64,000 nt of DNA from the NCBI GenBank assembly GCA_965240325.2, contig OZ251232.1, positions 310,001 through 374,000 on the forward strand. The letters are read 5' to 3'. This DNA comes from Rebecca billardiae RCC1528 (Eukaryota; Protista; Haptophyta). Of the stretch, positions 24,225-36,710 are shown piece by piece; within the stretch, counting starts at the first letter, position 1, and each line of letters begins with the position of its first letter. Below the pieces are notes generated by a model. The model was not told where the DNA came from, ran no database searches, and was given only the letters and a program-made list of their open reading frames with translations. The position numbers and the translations under genes were made by a program.

Positions 24225-24973
24225 GAGGGGGGCCTCGGCGTGCGTGCCGGGGATGTACAACCTGTCCCAGCTCCGCAGCCGCGCGGAGCTGTCATTTATT
24301 CGCGAGCGGAACTTGGAGGGCGCGACGGGAGCTGATGAGATGCGCCCACGGCCCAGCATTGTGCTCGCTCCCCGGCAATGGCGGCCGCTGCCAATCCATG
24401 GTCGGCACGCCCGCAGATGCATGCAGCCTGTCCCGACCCGGTCTGCGCTGCGATTGACTGGCTTTGACTGCTGCCCGGCCGGGCGGCCAGAATCCTTCGC
24501 TCCGGGCTCGGCCTTCGGGGCTGGACTGGTCGGGCGGCATCACGCGCAGCACGACTGGTCCGTGGGCGTGGCCGTGGCCATCGGGTCGGGCCGTCCGTGC
24601 CGCTGCGATCGCGTTGCGGACGTCCGAAGGCGACGCAGGCTCCGGTGCGCTTGCTGCTATCGTGCGCTGCCTCGACACCGTGCTGTCTTCGCCAGGTCTG
24701 AATTAGAATATGGTACTAATATTCACTATCAGTAGAGTACTCTATATATATGCATGTATGTATGATACCATATGACCGCGTTCCGCGGTCCTTTTCCGTA
24801 GAACGAACGTAGTTCAGGGCCCGCGGTGGCGGTGCACCCTCCATCGCAGTCGTCTATTGACAGACCCGGAGTTGCATGCCCGTACAACTAGACTCCAGCG
24901 GCGCGCCGCCGCCCGCCGCGCCGGGCGCGGGCCCATCGCACTTCGCAGCCGCCGGCGCGGCGCCGATTGTGTA

Positions 24974-25303
24974 CAGGCGGATGCGACGAGGCGTGATCGA
25001 CGCATGAGCGCGACTCCACGTGCACGCCAGGCCACGCGAAGCTGACAGCCAGGGAGCACGGTGCGGGGCCGCGGATTCGTTCGGGCCGCTGCTGCTGACT
25101 GACCGCTGTGGCGCTGTCCGCCGCGGGTCACCGCGCACCGGCAGCGCCAGGATAGTAGTAGATGATTTGCACTGGTCCGAGTAGGGTTCGACCAGCGCCT
25201 GCGCGACGGCCGACAGGCGGGCGCGAGGCGTGATCGACGCATGAGCGCAACTCTACGTGCACGCCAGGCCACGCGGAGCTGACAGCCCGAGGGAGCACGG
25301 TGC
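24974..25303 (+). repeat. Two ~90-bp direct repeats 240 bp apart
   Basis: GAGGCGTGATCGACGCATGAGCGC...GGGAGCACGGTGC at ~24974-25063 and ~25214-25303. Confidence 0.8.
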
Positions 25304-25964
25304 CGAGGTCGGAGGTGCGAGCGGGCACCAGTGTCCAGTCACGGATCGTTCGCGCACGCCGCGCGTGCACGGGCTGACACACCTCGATCAGGCTCGGCAC
25401 GCGTTGCAGAGGCACAGCCAGCTCTGGGGACGTCACGCACCACCGTCGCCCGCGCAGCTCGTCCTCCTCGTAGAGTACCGTTCAGTTCCGAGGCGTAGCC
25501 CTCGCTCAGAGTCGACCGTCGACGATGGATGGACTCGGATCGTCGGCGCTCCCCGGAAAGGCATGGCAAGGGCGGCGCGTGGTGCCAAGTCGAAGACTCA
25601 GAGATCGATCAGTCCGGCATCAGGCGCCGCTGCCCCCGAGCTTGCGAGAGCCCGAATACAGGGCGGCTGCCGCGGCGCGGCCGCCGGGCGCCCCGGCGAC
25701 CGGGCGCGCGGCCGCGCGCAGGCATCGACACGGGGCGGCGGGGGCGCGCGGAGTGAGCGGGGGCACGAACGCGATGTCGACGGCAGTCGGGACCCGCCGC
25801 AGCCGCGCGCTCCAGGCGCCACTCGCCGCGCGCACCTGCCCATCGCCGTCCTCACCCGTCGGTCGCTCGTGGCTGGCGCCTCCTGAGCTCCTGTCGCCGC
25901 AGCCGCGGCGTGCAAACGCGGGCCGCACACGCCGCGCGGGCGCCGCGCCCCCTCCGGCTCCGAC

Positions 25965-28319
25965 CAAGGGCGGTAAGGGCTGTCAACTCCCAGTGGCGCC
26001 GAGTGGCGGAGGTTGGGGCAAGGGTAGTAAGGGTGAGCAACTCCGCTGGCGACAGCCGCGGAGGTCGGGAGGGCTCTGTTTGCCTCGGCGCCCGGTGCGA
26101 GCGGAGCGGAGCGAGTACTATCAGCGGCGGAGGGCGCTGAGGCCGCGCACGGCGTGAGGCGCGGCGTCGGCCGAGTCGGTCCGCGGAGGATGCGCGGCGC
26201 TCGGCCCGCTGCGCAGCGGCAGTGCACCTCACTTTGCCCCGAGCGCCGTCCTCCTCGTCGCCTCCTTCCCACCTTGGAGCAGCACGCATGTGCGCGCCGC
26301 CGCATCGAATGCGGCACAGGCTTGCTCAGACGACCGCGCGCGCGTGGCGCGCGACTTGGTCGGCTGCGCGCGCGTGCTGCCGCGGTGCAATGTAGCGCCA
26401 CCGCATACGCGCCGTGCCCGCGCGAGAGCGTGTGCATGGACGTGAGTGCGAGCTCACACACATGTCAAGAGTGCTGTCTGCGCAGCACAGTGCTGGCAAC
26501 TGAAGTAAGCTAGAGAAGACAGCAGCGTGAGTGTTAGTACCATCGATGCGGAGCCTTAGCGTCCGCTTGCGTTCGTGCTGAGAAGGGATACACAAGACTA
26601 GGCCTTCGTCCTGGGTATCCAATGTCACTCAACACCTCGCTGATCGACCCGACGAGCGTCGGCGTGAGGCACAGCGAAACATTCGTGAGAGCAACAGACA
26701 AGCGAGCACTACGCTCATGAGTCGCTGATCGACCCGACGAGCGTCGGCGTGAGGCACAGCGAAACATTCGTGAGAGCAACAGACAAGCGAGCACTACGCT
26801 CATGAGATGGCCGTGAGCAAAGGCTCGCGCGGGCACGGCGCGCGTATACGGTGGCGCTACCTTGCCCCGCGGCAGCGCGCGCGTGCGGTCGACCAAGTCG
26901 CGCGCCACGCGCGCGCGGTCGTCTGAGCAAGCCCGTGCCGCATTCGATGCGGCGGCGCGCACATGCGTGCTGCTCCAAGGCGGGAAGAAGGCGACGCGGA
27001 GGACGGCGCTTGGAGCAAAGTGAGGTGCACTGCCGCTGCGCAGCGGGCCAAGAGCCGCGCATCCTCCGCGGACCGACTCGGCCGACGCCGCGCCTCACGC
27101 CGTGCGCGGCCTCAGCGCCCTCCGCCGCTGATAGTACTCGCTCCGCTCCGCTCGCACCGGGCGCCGAGGCAAACAGAGCCCTCCCGACCTCCGCGGCTGT
27201 CGCCAGCGGAGTTGCTCACCCTTACTACCCTGGGTTGGGGGCCCCTCAACTCGTGCGGCCGCGCGGCGCAGCGGCTAAGTCTCCTGGGGCGCCGCCCTGG
27301 AGGGCGCGTGGGGTGCGCACGCCGCGGGCTCCTGCGCCCGCGGCAGCGGCCGCGGACACGGCGCGCGTGGTTGGTCGCCTGCTAGACAGCACGTAGTACC
27401 CTCCCACGCCGCGCGCCGCGCTCGCCGGTGCCCTCGCCGCGCCTCAGGCCAGCCGCGCACGCGCGCCGCGCCAATGGCCAGCCGTGGCCACGAGCCAGCC
27501 GCCGGCGCGCGCGCGGTGCGCGGTGCGGTCGGCGCGGGTCGGGCGCGCGCCCGGGGCGAGGCTCGCGTATGATGGGCGCGCGGCATGCCGCCTCGCGCCG
27601 CCGCGCTGACGCCCGCATGGGTCGGCGCGCACGCGTTTACATGCTGTCGAGTGTGCATTGCCATGTTTGAAAATGCTCACGTTGAGACGATCATGGGACG
27701 GCAGCGACGCGTGATAGACAAGCGCAGACCACTAATATGTGCACGGCCAGCCTCATGTCATGGCAAGCAAGTCCCCGAGTGCCCGCGTTCGTCGCACTGA
27801 TGCGCTCACAACCACTTATCCAAGCTCATTTCTGATGGCCGAGGAATGCTCGACGAGCACTCTTCAGCAGCCGCGTGCAACGTGATCAAGCTCGTGGGTG
27901 GCGGCGCGAGGCGGCATGACGCGCGCCCATCATACGCGAGCCTCGCCCCGGGCGCGCGCCCGACCCGCGCCGACCGCACCGCGCACCGCGCGCGCGCCGG
28001 CGGCTGGCTCGTGGCCACGGCTGGCCATTGGCGCGGCGCGCGTGCGCGGCTGGCCTGAGGCACGGCGAGGGCACCGGCAAGCGCGGCGCGCGGCGTGGGA
28101 GGGTACTACGTGCTGTCTAGCAGGCGACCAACCACGCGCGCCGTGTCCGCGGCCGCTGCCGCGGGCGCAGGAGCCCGCGGCGTGCGCACCCCACGCGCCC
28201 TCCAGGGCGGCGCCCCAGGAGACTTCGCCGCTGCGCCGCGAGGCCGCACGATTTGAGGGGCACGGAACCTCCGCCACTCGGCGCCACTGGTCAGGAGTTG
28301 ACAGCCCTTACCGCCCTTG
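25965..28319. mobile_element. Foldback element family B (P/Galileo-like), copy 1, interrupted by family C
   Basis: Termini CAAGGGCGGTAAGGGCTGTCAACTCC...GACAGCCCTTACCGCCCTTG; ~400-bp inverted arms; flanks CTCCGAC / CTCCGAG (6 of 7 identical); uninterrupted copy at 54860-55998. Confidence 0.88.
26019..27233. mobile_element. Foldback element family C, nested in the left TIR of family B
   Basis: Termini CAAGGGTAGTAAGGG...CCCTTACTACCCTGG; ~400-bp inverted arms; TSD GTTGGGG at 26012-26018 and 27234-27240; internal 85-bp tandem duplication at 26638 and 26723. Confidence 0.88.
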
Positions 28320-28794
28320 CTCCGAGTATACGGATAGCTGCGGCGGGTATTTTCAATCTCTCGCACTATTGGAGTTGGTTGGACGTTATGTCAACGGTCG
28401 TTCTTGGCATCTTGCAGCGGCGAGGCCATATTATTTTACTATGGTCACACTACATTAAGGAGAGTCTACCCACAATTACTCTGCCTCGCACACTTGGGCG
28501 CGGGTTTCGTTGATTCCTCTGTTCACTATTCAAGACGGCGGACGCGCCCTTTTTCGACGAGGATGCACCTGTAAGGGAGTCTCGAAATTCGAAACTCGGT
28601 CTCCTCCAGCCCTGAAAATCGTCCCCCGCCCCTTTTTTCTTTGATCAAAGATCTTTTTGAAACGTGGTTCGGGCCCGCTGGTGCGGGCTCCACGCTGCGC
28701 GCTCCGCCCTGCACCGCGGGCCATTAATATATTATTTATTCAGAATTTTAGATTCACTATTCAGGCAGCTGCTGCCTCATTCAAGGATCGTCTA

Positions 28795-29032
28795 CAGGCA
28801 ATCGCGGGCAATAAGGAGCTGTCACGTTAAGAAACTGGGGCTTGCTATCTGCGGATCTGGCCTAGAAACTGAGGCTAGCGATTGGCTGGTTCGCTATACG
28901 CATAGTCACACTAAGAGTAATAAGAAACCGGGACTACGTCGTCCCGGCTGACGAGTGGTCCGCCGAGGGGCGAGGCGCAGTCGGCCCGTCGGGGACGCGG
29001 CGCGCGGCCCGACTACGAGTACAGGCCAAGTC
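28795..29032 (+). mobile_element. Truncated left part of MITE family D
   Basis: Nearly identical to 36711-36941; preceded by TA. Confidence 0.85.
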
Positions 29033-29052
29033 GGAGACCGACTTCATTATAT

Positions 29053-30775
29053 TAGGGGGGCCAAACCGCCCATTTAAAAATGAAAAGCAAAGTCGCGTCG
29101 CATTTTCGCTCCGCCCTCGGCCTTTTAGGGTGGCGCGGAGCCTTTTTCTCGGACCTCGCTCGAAAATCGAGCTCCGACGCCTTCGGGCGCTCAGAGCTCG
29201 GTTCCGCTCCAGCACGAGCGGCCGGAGGCAGTGGACCGCCGCGCGCTCGCGACCTCTGAGACGCCGAGATGGTCTCGGGTGCGCGCGCGCGTGACGCTGG
29301 TGGGCGCTACTGACCCGTGCCTTTGCGCCACCAGCGGCTCACCACCCGCTTCTTGGCCACCTCGCGCCGTGCGCGGCGCGCGTCGGCCGGCTTGAATTGG
29401 TGCGCTGCGTACGCCCGCTACGCTACCGCACGGTGTGGCGCATGATCAACTCGGACCAATGAGATCGATGCTCGGACCAATCGTCCATGTATGTCTGTGA
29501 ATGCCCAGCTCGCCTAACCTGCCCTACTGCGCCGGAATCGCCGTCAGCAGACCGGCGCGAGCTCGCGCACAGCACCTCCGCGGAGCTCGCAACTGTCATG
29601 TTCCGCTTGTAGGGCCCGTGTTTGCACCTGCCGTGGCACTTGCGATGGTCAGTACGTTGGGTATGGGTCACGTGTGCCCTCTGATGGCGTCTGGGCGCCT
29701 CCCATTCGCCTCTCAGGACGTCGCGGACGTGCTCGCAGGCAGCGGTTGGCTCATTCGACAGGTCCGACGTGCACTCGACCGTGCCTGCAAGCGCGCCCCT
29801 GTGACGCTCATGCCTGCAGAAGCAGATGCAGATGGGCCCTCATGCACCCTGGTGCGCCCAAGACCGGCGGGAGCGTCAGAGACCGTCTCAATCTTGACAC
29901 CTTGCACACGCCGGCGCTTGCCGTTGGGCTCCGCGCAGCCAGCCAGGAGCGCCGAACAGCGCCGGATCAGCCTCTGTAGGCCGAATATCCGCCCCTAAGC
30001 CCAGAAATAGCGCGGAACAGGGTAGTGCGTACCTATGTGGACCAATCCCATCCAGCCTGGTTTGGTGCAGACACGCCAGCCACCGCCTGGAGCAGACGTT
30101 TGCTGCCGAATCGCATGCTCGGCACTGTGCCGCACTGCGACGACGACAGATTTGACCTGCCTCGTAGGTCTCGGCCAGGGAGCGGTGACGGTTGGCTCGA
30201 GTGACTTTAAACCTTGACTATGACCGAGAGCACTCCCGGGCTGAGGACGTGGGGCCGGTGCTTTGGGTCTAATATGTCTGCAATACGCGGTACGCGTGGC
30301 CGTATACACAGTCTGAAAACGTATCTCGCAGCTCGAAGTCGAGATCAGATGAGGCTGTATTCATCAGCATGGCGCCTATATACACAGTGGGTATGTAACG
30401 ATCGGTGGCTTCTAGGAAACTACATATTTGACAGCCTGCCAGTACACAGCCTATATCGCATGTTGGGACCTGCTGCTGATGGGGACTCAGAACGATCTCG
30501 CTGAGATGCTCTAACAAAGTGAGGTCGACATGGTCTATATGTCACATATAGGACGACCGTTACATGCCGTTTCCAATAAGTTCAGGCTCATTCTAATAAG
30601 TAAACATGTTAGCCGTTACGCCCTATATTCAGGGTATGTGCACCTGATTTTTTTACATGGCCGGCCCAGACCCCTCCAGAGGGCAAATGATCCAGCCCGA
30701 AACCAGCTCTAAACACTCGCTAGGACCCGCGCTCGTGGCCGTCAGTAACGCTACAGTGCCACTTTGGCCCCCCTA
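29053..30775. mobile_element. Putative non-autonomous TIR element, ~1.7 kb
   Basis: TIR TAGGGGGGCCAAA / TTTGGCCCCCCTA. Direct repeat ATTATAT at 29046-29052 and 30776-30782. TIR/TSD boundary ambiguous (7, 5 or 3 bp). Confidence 0.65.
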
Positions 30776-30898
30776 ATTATATATGACGATAAGCAGCCCG
30801 GCTGCGAGCGCTACGACTCCTCGGCGGAATAATGCGCAACTATTATATATATATAAGTCTATTATATATTGTTATAATAAGTATTTAATAAAAATAAA

Positions 30899-32077
30899 CT
30901 AAGCCGCCAGCTCGCGCCGCGGGGCCATCGGCGCGTGCGGCGGCCTGCCGATGCGGCGCCGAAACGACGCAAAGCATGGTGACGACGGCAGCAGGCTGCG
31001 GTCGGGCAAGCTGCGCGTCGAAATCGGCTGGGTACTGTGGCGGCGTCGGCCACATGCCTCGGTGAGGATCGCGCGCACGTCCGCAGCGCCGAGCAGGGTG
31101 CTGGACGCGAGCTCGTCATGTGCCGCTCCGTGCTCTGACTCTGAGTCTGCGCGGTGCAGCTCGGCCGCGTACGAGCGGTCGCGACGGAGCGGCGTCGGCG
31201 GCTCGCTGCCACTGCTCTCCTCATCGCCGCCCTCGTGCGCAGGCGACCGTGCCCATGCTGGTCGCACAGGCGAGCGCGGTCCGGACGACGGCGAGGTAGT
31301 CAGCACGATCGGGCTCGCGAGCGGGTGCCCTTTGCTGCGCTTGATGCCACGTGCGCACGTGCCCTCCCTCGGCGCACGCTCGAGCTGCACTTCAGACTCG
31401 AGATGGGAGTCACCTAGGTGCGTGCTCGCGCCAAGGGCAATAGCCTCTCCCTTGCTCGCGCGCGTGAGGGCGAACTTCGCCGCGGTGCTCGCGACGATCT
31501 GGACAAAGAGGGGCTCACTGCTGTCCGGCACTTGCGTCGTTGCCGGCACCCGCGCGGAGACACACCGAGCGAACGGGCTGCCACGCGGGCTTCGTGAGCT
31601 CGTAGGTACGATGGTGGAATGGGGGATCGACGCAACAGGGCGAGAGATGCCCACCAGAAAGCGCACACTTTCGTCCTCCCCATACACCGGCCCGATCACG
31701 AGGCGATGCTGGATCGGAGTTGAGGAGTGTGCCATGTGATTGGTGACGACGCCGCAGTCGGTCCATGCCTCCAACGGTGCCGGGGCGACACCACGCTTGT
31801 CCTCAGAGCTGGCTCTTCTCAACTCGGCGCCGATCTCCGCGTTCGAGCTCAGCGGCCCCGAGATGATGTCGAGCGTCTTGCCGACGGCGTTTTGTGCGTG
31901 GATGCCCCACAGCTCGCACCATGCGTCACTCGAACTCGCGATCGTGTACGGGGCGGTGGGCGACGTGAGCACCCAGCAGATGCTTGATTGGTCAACAGGG
32001 TCTCCACGCGCATCGGCCCCGTCAAGGATGGCGAGACCCTGCGCAAGCTCCGCCTCCGTGAGTGTCGTGGATGTCAT
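30899..32077 (-). CDS. LOV-like PAS domain protein, paralogue 1
   Basis: CWVLTSPTAPYTIASSSDAWCELWG..AVGKTLDIISGP..WTDCG..TNH..HRLVIGPV..VRFLVGISR. Start chosen by comparison with the paralogues; an upstream ATG at 32170 is possible. Confidence 0.8.
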   Translation of the reverse strand: MTSTTLTEAELAQGLAILDGADARGDPVDQSSICWVLTSPTAPYTIASSSDAWCELWGIHAQNAVGKTLDIISGPLSSNAEIGAELRRASSEDKRGVAPAPLEAWTDCGVVTNHMAHSSTPIQHRLVIGPVYGEDESVRFLVGISRPVASIPHSTIVPTSSRSPRGSPFARCVSARVPATTQVPDSSEPLFVQIVASTAAKFALTRASKGEAIALGASTHLGDSHLESEVQLERAPREGTCARGIKRSKGHPLASPIVLTTSPSSGPRSPVRPAWARSPAHEGGDEESSGSEPPTPLRRDRSYAAELHRADSESEHGAAHDELASSTLLGAADVRAILTEACGRRRHSTQPISTRSLPDRSLLPSSPCFASFRRRIGRPPHAPMAPRRELAA

Positions 32078-32438
32078 CCGTGTGGCGGGAACTGAGCCGG
32101 AAAGAGTGGATCGGTGCGCGGACGGCTCCCGAGTCGGCGACCAGCTCGGGCGGAATCTGAAGGCAAACATGGTATTCGCGCGCGCATCATTCAGGTGCTA
32201 AATGGCTCGCCAGCCAATCAGGGACGACCAAATCACTCAACGGTTCTGTACATTGGTGAACCGCCGCAAGCTTGCGCGGGAATTCATTTCTACGGTTCCA
32301 CCATGCTTAAGTCTTATATTCATCAGAAGATCCCATCATCATCGAAAGTCGGCACTACTGTTATGGGGCTACCCGGATAGTCATACTATATACCCTAATT
32401 AGATACAGTATAGTTCGTATCTCTTGACCGGCCCGGCG

Positions 32439-33389
32439 GGCCGGAAGGGTGGGGTCCCACCCTTCGCGATGGCGCCCGTGCGCGCGAGCTCTGACGACGG
32501 CGCAAGGCTCAGAGTGGCGAGCGGAAGGGTCGGTACGGTCGGTATGGGTGACGAGGTAGACGATTGACCCGATGGGCTGCCATCTGAGGACGAACTTGGC
32601 CCGCTCGAGCTCGACGATCTGGCCGACGGTCGTGATTCACTCGATGATGCGGCAACAACTGCGCGGACGAGGAGACCGTTGAGACGCCAACCGGCTCAGA
32701 GCTCGCGCGCGACGCTGGGGGTAGGATAGATACATCTGACCCAACGCCCAGCCAGGGCGACGCGTAAGGTCAAGGTGCTCAGCCCCCTCGCGGACGCAGG
32801 CGCGGCGGTGGTTGCGGTCGCCTCGCGCCCTCCTGTTGCCAGGCGTGCGGTCGAGCCTTCCACCCCATCAGCTGCAACGTCTACAACGGCTGGTAGCCTG
32901 CTGATCCAGACGCCTAACGAGCAAACATGTTTTCCCGCTGAGCGCGAGCGAGTGCCGCTGCTGACACTCGATTCGTGCGCGCGCGCGGCCGCCCGACGCG
33001 CTCACCACGTCGGCCAGCGGCTACGTGCGCGCGCACCCGCGCGCGATGAAGCGAGCTGCTACTCAGGGCGTCCAACACGGGCTGACGTAAGCCAGGGAGT
33101 AGTGGGCGATGCTTCCTGGCCACGCTGCACTCGTAGCACGCGTTTCTGGCTGACCAGAGCGCCTCAATGTATCAGCGTAGGTGAAGGGTGGGATCCCACC
33201 CTTCGGATTTTCGACCGTTGCCTGTCATGTAACGGCCGCGACGTGACATATGTGACAGATGAAGATCGGTGTATACCCAATTCGAGGTCGCTGAATCGAT
33301 CTGTCAATGGCGCGGAACGCCAATATCAACGCCCTGAAGAGATATACAGCAAAACGGTGCTGAAGGGTGGGAGTCCAGCCTTCGGCCGG
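32439..33389. repeat. Three GAAGGGTGGG-NN-CCCACCCTTC-type palindromes delimiting a possible ~950-bp degenerate TIR element
   Basis: Copies at ~32444-32465, 33183-33204 and 33362-33383 (the last imperfect); outer copies both bordered by GGCCG in inverted orientation; no clear TSD. Confidence 0.5.
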
Positions 33390-33519
33390 TAAGGAGATAG
33401 TAGTCGACTTCTGAGTTGAAACCATATGAGTATTCGTCCGTCGTCTCTGCCTTGCCCGATCGTCGACACGAAGGCGGCGGTGGTGGCAGAGCATAGCCTG
33501 CACCGCGATCGAATGGCTT

Positions 33520-33626
33520 GATGAGCGCGGCCTTGAGCTGCTGGAGTGCGATCCACCTGCGCTGCGCGGCTCGCATGGACCTGCTGTGCCCCGAGCGAGG
33601 GCGAGGGTGCAGGTCCGGATGTCAGC
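33520..33626 (-). repeat. Dispersed ~110-bp repeat, inverted relative to the copy at 37588-37699
   Basis: CTGACATCCGGACCTGCACC...CAGCAGCTCAAGGCCGCGCTCA shared. Confidence 0.75.
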
Positions 33627-34464
33627 TGGCCGTCTCAGCCGCTGGTAGCACGGATGGTCGAGCCTGCCCCGTGCTCCCCGGGCTGCCGCTCGAGCCAGCT
33701 GGCTGGTTGGAGGCGGCTGGCGCTGCGGCGTCGTCCAGGGTGCGCTTCGTCCTGATCGGCCAGCGAGCCACACGGAAAAAGCCGACGACGATCGCTTGAG
33801 GGCAACAGCTCTGCAGTGTGGTCTGAGAACCCCGCCCGTGCCTCTAGCTTAATACCTTCCTCGTCCGACATTAGGCCATCATTCCCGACGACTATGCCAT
33901 CCCATGTTGCTGCACGGCCGTGCTGAGTGACCGACACTCAGCACGTCCCTGATGCCCATGGGGTACTTATAATGGGGCCGAAACGTGCTCATCTGGCGGC
34001 GCTCCGGATAGTCTCGTAGGGTGTCGGGGATAGTTAGCCGCGCAGCACGGCCGCGTCGCGGTCGAGCATGCGAGGGGGGGAGGTCTGCGACAGCCTCACA
34101 GCCACCCGAAGCGGTCGACTGCGGCGTCGCGTGCGGGTCGTGGTGCGCGCCGCATGCCGCCACGCCAGCGCTGGCGGCGACAGCGACGGCTGATTGATCG
34201 ATGCTGCGGTGACGAAGTGGGCCGGGTTACTCTAACTCGTATGCGCCCACGCCGGGGCGTAGCTGTTCATCAGCTTGAGCTGTCAGGAGTGAGGAGCGCA
34301 CCCACAACCAACCTGGTGCTGAAACTGACATCGTCATACAATAGTGCGTGTACAAGTTAACAAGACTCTGCTGTATTGTAGTACTCAGTTAACCGACTAC
34401 CAGTCACTAACGACAGTATACCGAGACTAGTTACTCAGAGTCAGTAGAGTACAGTTGTAACTTC

Positions 34465-34867
34465 GCGCCGCGAGGCGGCCGCAGCCCTCATCCAGGCCTC
34501 GACAATCTCGCCTGCCTAACGCTGTGTGCGTCCGTCTTATTCTTAAGTAAATAGTTGTAGCGCCGCAAGACTGTACAGTTTATACTATATGTATGTATGT
34601 ATGTATATGTTTTAACGAGTGCACACTTGGTTATTAAGGCGTGATTGACGCCATCCAACACTTACACTGCACAAAGACACCGCCACAAAACAGACCGGGC
34701 GCAGGCAGGTGAGGGGCGCGTTGCCGCACCTCATCGAGGCGGCCATTGCAGCAAGCGGCCGCCCCGCGCTCGGAGGCACGCGCTCGAGAGCGCGCTCTGA
34801 CACCACATGGGGAGGGTGCACTAAGCCATAAGAGACGCACACAGCTCTGCAGGCAGGCGAGATATCA

Positions 34868-34957
<90 letters not shown>

Positions 34958-35003
34958 TACTATTAAAGAATAAGAGACGCACACAGCTCAGGCAGGCGAG
35001 ATT
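34465..35003. mobile_element. Scrambled fragments of MITE family A interleaved with microsatellites
   Basis: TIR pieces at ~34503-34552, 34828-34863 and 34953-35003; internal piece at 34613-34647 matches 4281-4309. Confidence 0.7.
34869..34954. repeat. (TA)n microsatellite
   Basis: Perfect TA run. Confidence 0.97.
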
Positions 35004-35070
35004 ATTATAAAGTGAGCCGAACCCCATTGAATTTTGGCCATTCGGGCGACGACCGCGACGACGTCCATGG

Positions 35071-36099
35071 ATGGCCCCTCGGCTCCACGGCGGTCGACTG
35101 CGCCCCTGTCCGTCGGCGAGCTGTCCCCCAGGCGTGGGGATGGCCAAGTCCAGCTGCTCGCGCGCACCACGGCGGACGCGCGCCCTCTTCCTCCTCGCGC
35201 TCGCCCTCGAGCGCACCGCAGCGATCACGCACCTCACCCCGCGTGCGCTCACAGCTGAGCAGCTGCGCTCGCTGGGCACGCGCGGCTTTTGCGAGGCCAC
35301 AAACTGGCTGCCTGCGGCGCAAGTGGCGTCGCTCCGTGCGGATGTGATGGCCCTCGATCGCGCGGGCCTCGCCGAGGAGGCGCGCGTCGGCTCGGCCGCG
35401 ACGGAGAGGCACGACGTGCGCCGGACGCGCGTGTGCCACATCATTCCACCGCCACCTCCGTGCGCGGGCAGCGTCGATGTGCGCCTCGCGTTGTGCGCGG
35501 CCTTCGAGGGGCTGCGGGTCGAGCTCGACGGCGCACGTGAGCTCTCGCACCTCGCGACGCTCGAGCCATTCCAGACGGAGCTCCTCTACCTCCTGTACCC
35601 GCCCACGGGATTCTACGTGCGCCACCGCGACGTGCCGAGCGCACACGGCGGCTGGCGCATGGTCGGGCGCGAGGTCGCGGACGGCACGGCACTCGCGCGC
35701 TCGCAGGTGCGCCGCTCGATCTCGGTGCTTCTCTACCTCAACAGCGGCTGGGACACCGCCGAGTGGGGCGGCGCGTTGCGCGTGTACGTCGGCCAGCCCG
35801 CTGGCAGAGGCGGAGGCGATGATGGGAGGCAACCTACCGCGACCCAGGACGCCGGCGCTGAGCCCCAGCCGTCAGCGGCGGGGCGACGTGCGAGGGCTGC
35901 GGAGGCGTGCATCGACGTCAGCCCCGAGGGTGGCACCCTCGTCCTGATGCACTCGGCGCTCGTCGAGCACGAGGTGCTCACAACGCACCGCCCGAGGCAG
36001 GCGGTCGTCGGCTGGTTCAGCTCGGTGCGCCCGGCCCCAGCGGCAGCCTGGTCTGCGGCAGCGGCCGACCAGCAGACCACAATGGCTGAGCACCATTGA
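35071..36099 (+). CDS. 2OG-Fe(II) oxygenase, prolyl-4-hydroxylase/EGLN-like
   Basis: FYVRHRD (HxD), RRSISVLLYLN..W..WGGALR, PEGGTLVL, HEVL..R.AVVGWF; start may be the ATG at 35140. Confidence 0.9.
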   Translation: MAPRLHGGRLRPCPSASCPPGVGMAKSSCSRAPRRTRALFLLALALERTAAITHLTPRALTAEQLRSLGTRGFCEATNWLPAAQVASLRADVMALDRAGLAEEARVGSAATERHDVRRTRVCHIIPPPPPCAGSVDVRLALCAAFEGLRVELDGARELSHLATLEPFQTELLYLLYPPTGFYVRHRDVPSAHGGWRMVGREVADGTALARSQVRRSISVLLYLNSGWDTAEWGGALRVYVGQPAGRGGGDDGRQPTATQDAGAEPQPSAAGRRARAAEACIDVSPEGGTLVLMHSALVEHEVLTTHRPRQAVVGWFSSVRPAPAAAWSAAAADQQTTMAEHH

Positions 36100-36629
36100 A
36101 TCGTGATGTAAACGACGGTATAGTATCGTTTATTATTATAATTCAACAGTAAGACGGTTATTCGATTTGACGTGTGACCAGTGCGGGGAACGCCCCTACG
36201 GCCCTAGTCTTGGTCTGCCAATGCTGGCCGGGCCCGGGGCTCGGCGGGCCCCGACTCCCGCCAGTCGCCGTCACACGTGCGGCCCGCCGTGGCGGATACG
36301 GTCAGACGGGTCCGAGTGCCGCCGACGAGTACGCTCCGTTCCGGAGCTACGTGCGGCCGACCATGAGTAACCAAGAATCGCTCGCCGCGTGGATGGTGTA
36401 GGGCGCCTTCGTCGAGGTGAGCACCCAGCAGACGTCACCGCGATCCGCACTGGGCTGGCCAGCGCCGAGGAGCGCCGCGACTTACCGACTAGTGCCGCGG
36501 CGCGACTCAGCGAGCGCCTCACACCTCGGTCCGACTTTGTCTTTCAATGGCGGCCGTGTGGTGGGGGCCAGCATATTACTATTATTAGTTATTATTAGCT
36601 ACGCGGACGGCGGCGCGCGCGCTGTATAG

Positions 36630-36630
<1 letters not shown>

Positions 36631-36710
<80 letters not shown>
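36631..36710. repeat. (TA)n microsatellite abutting a MITE
   Basis: TA run with one TG. Confidence 0.95.
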
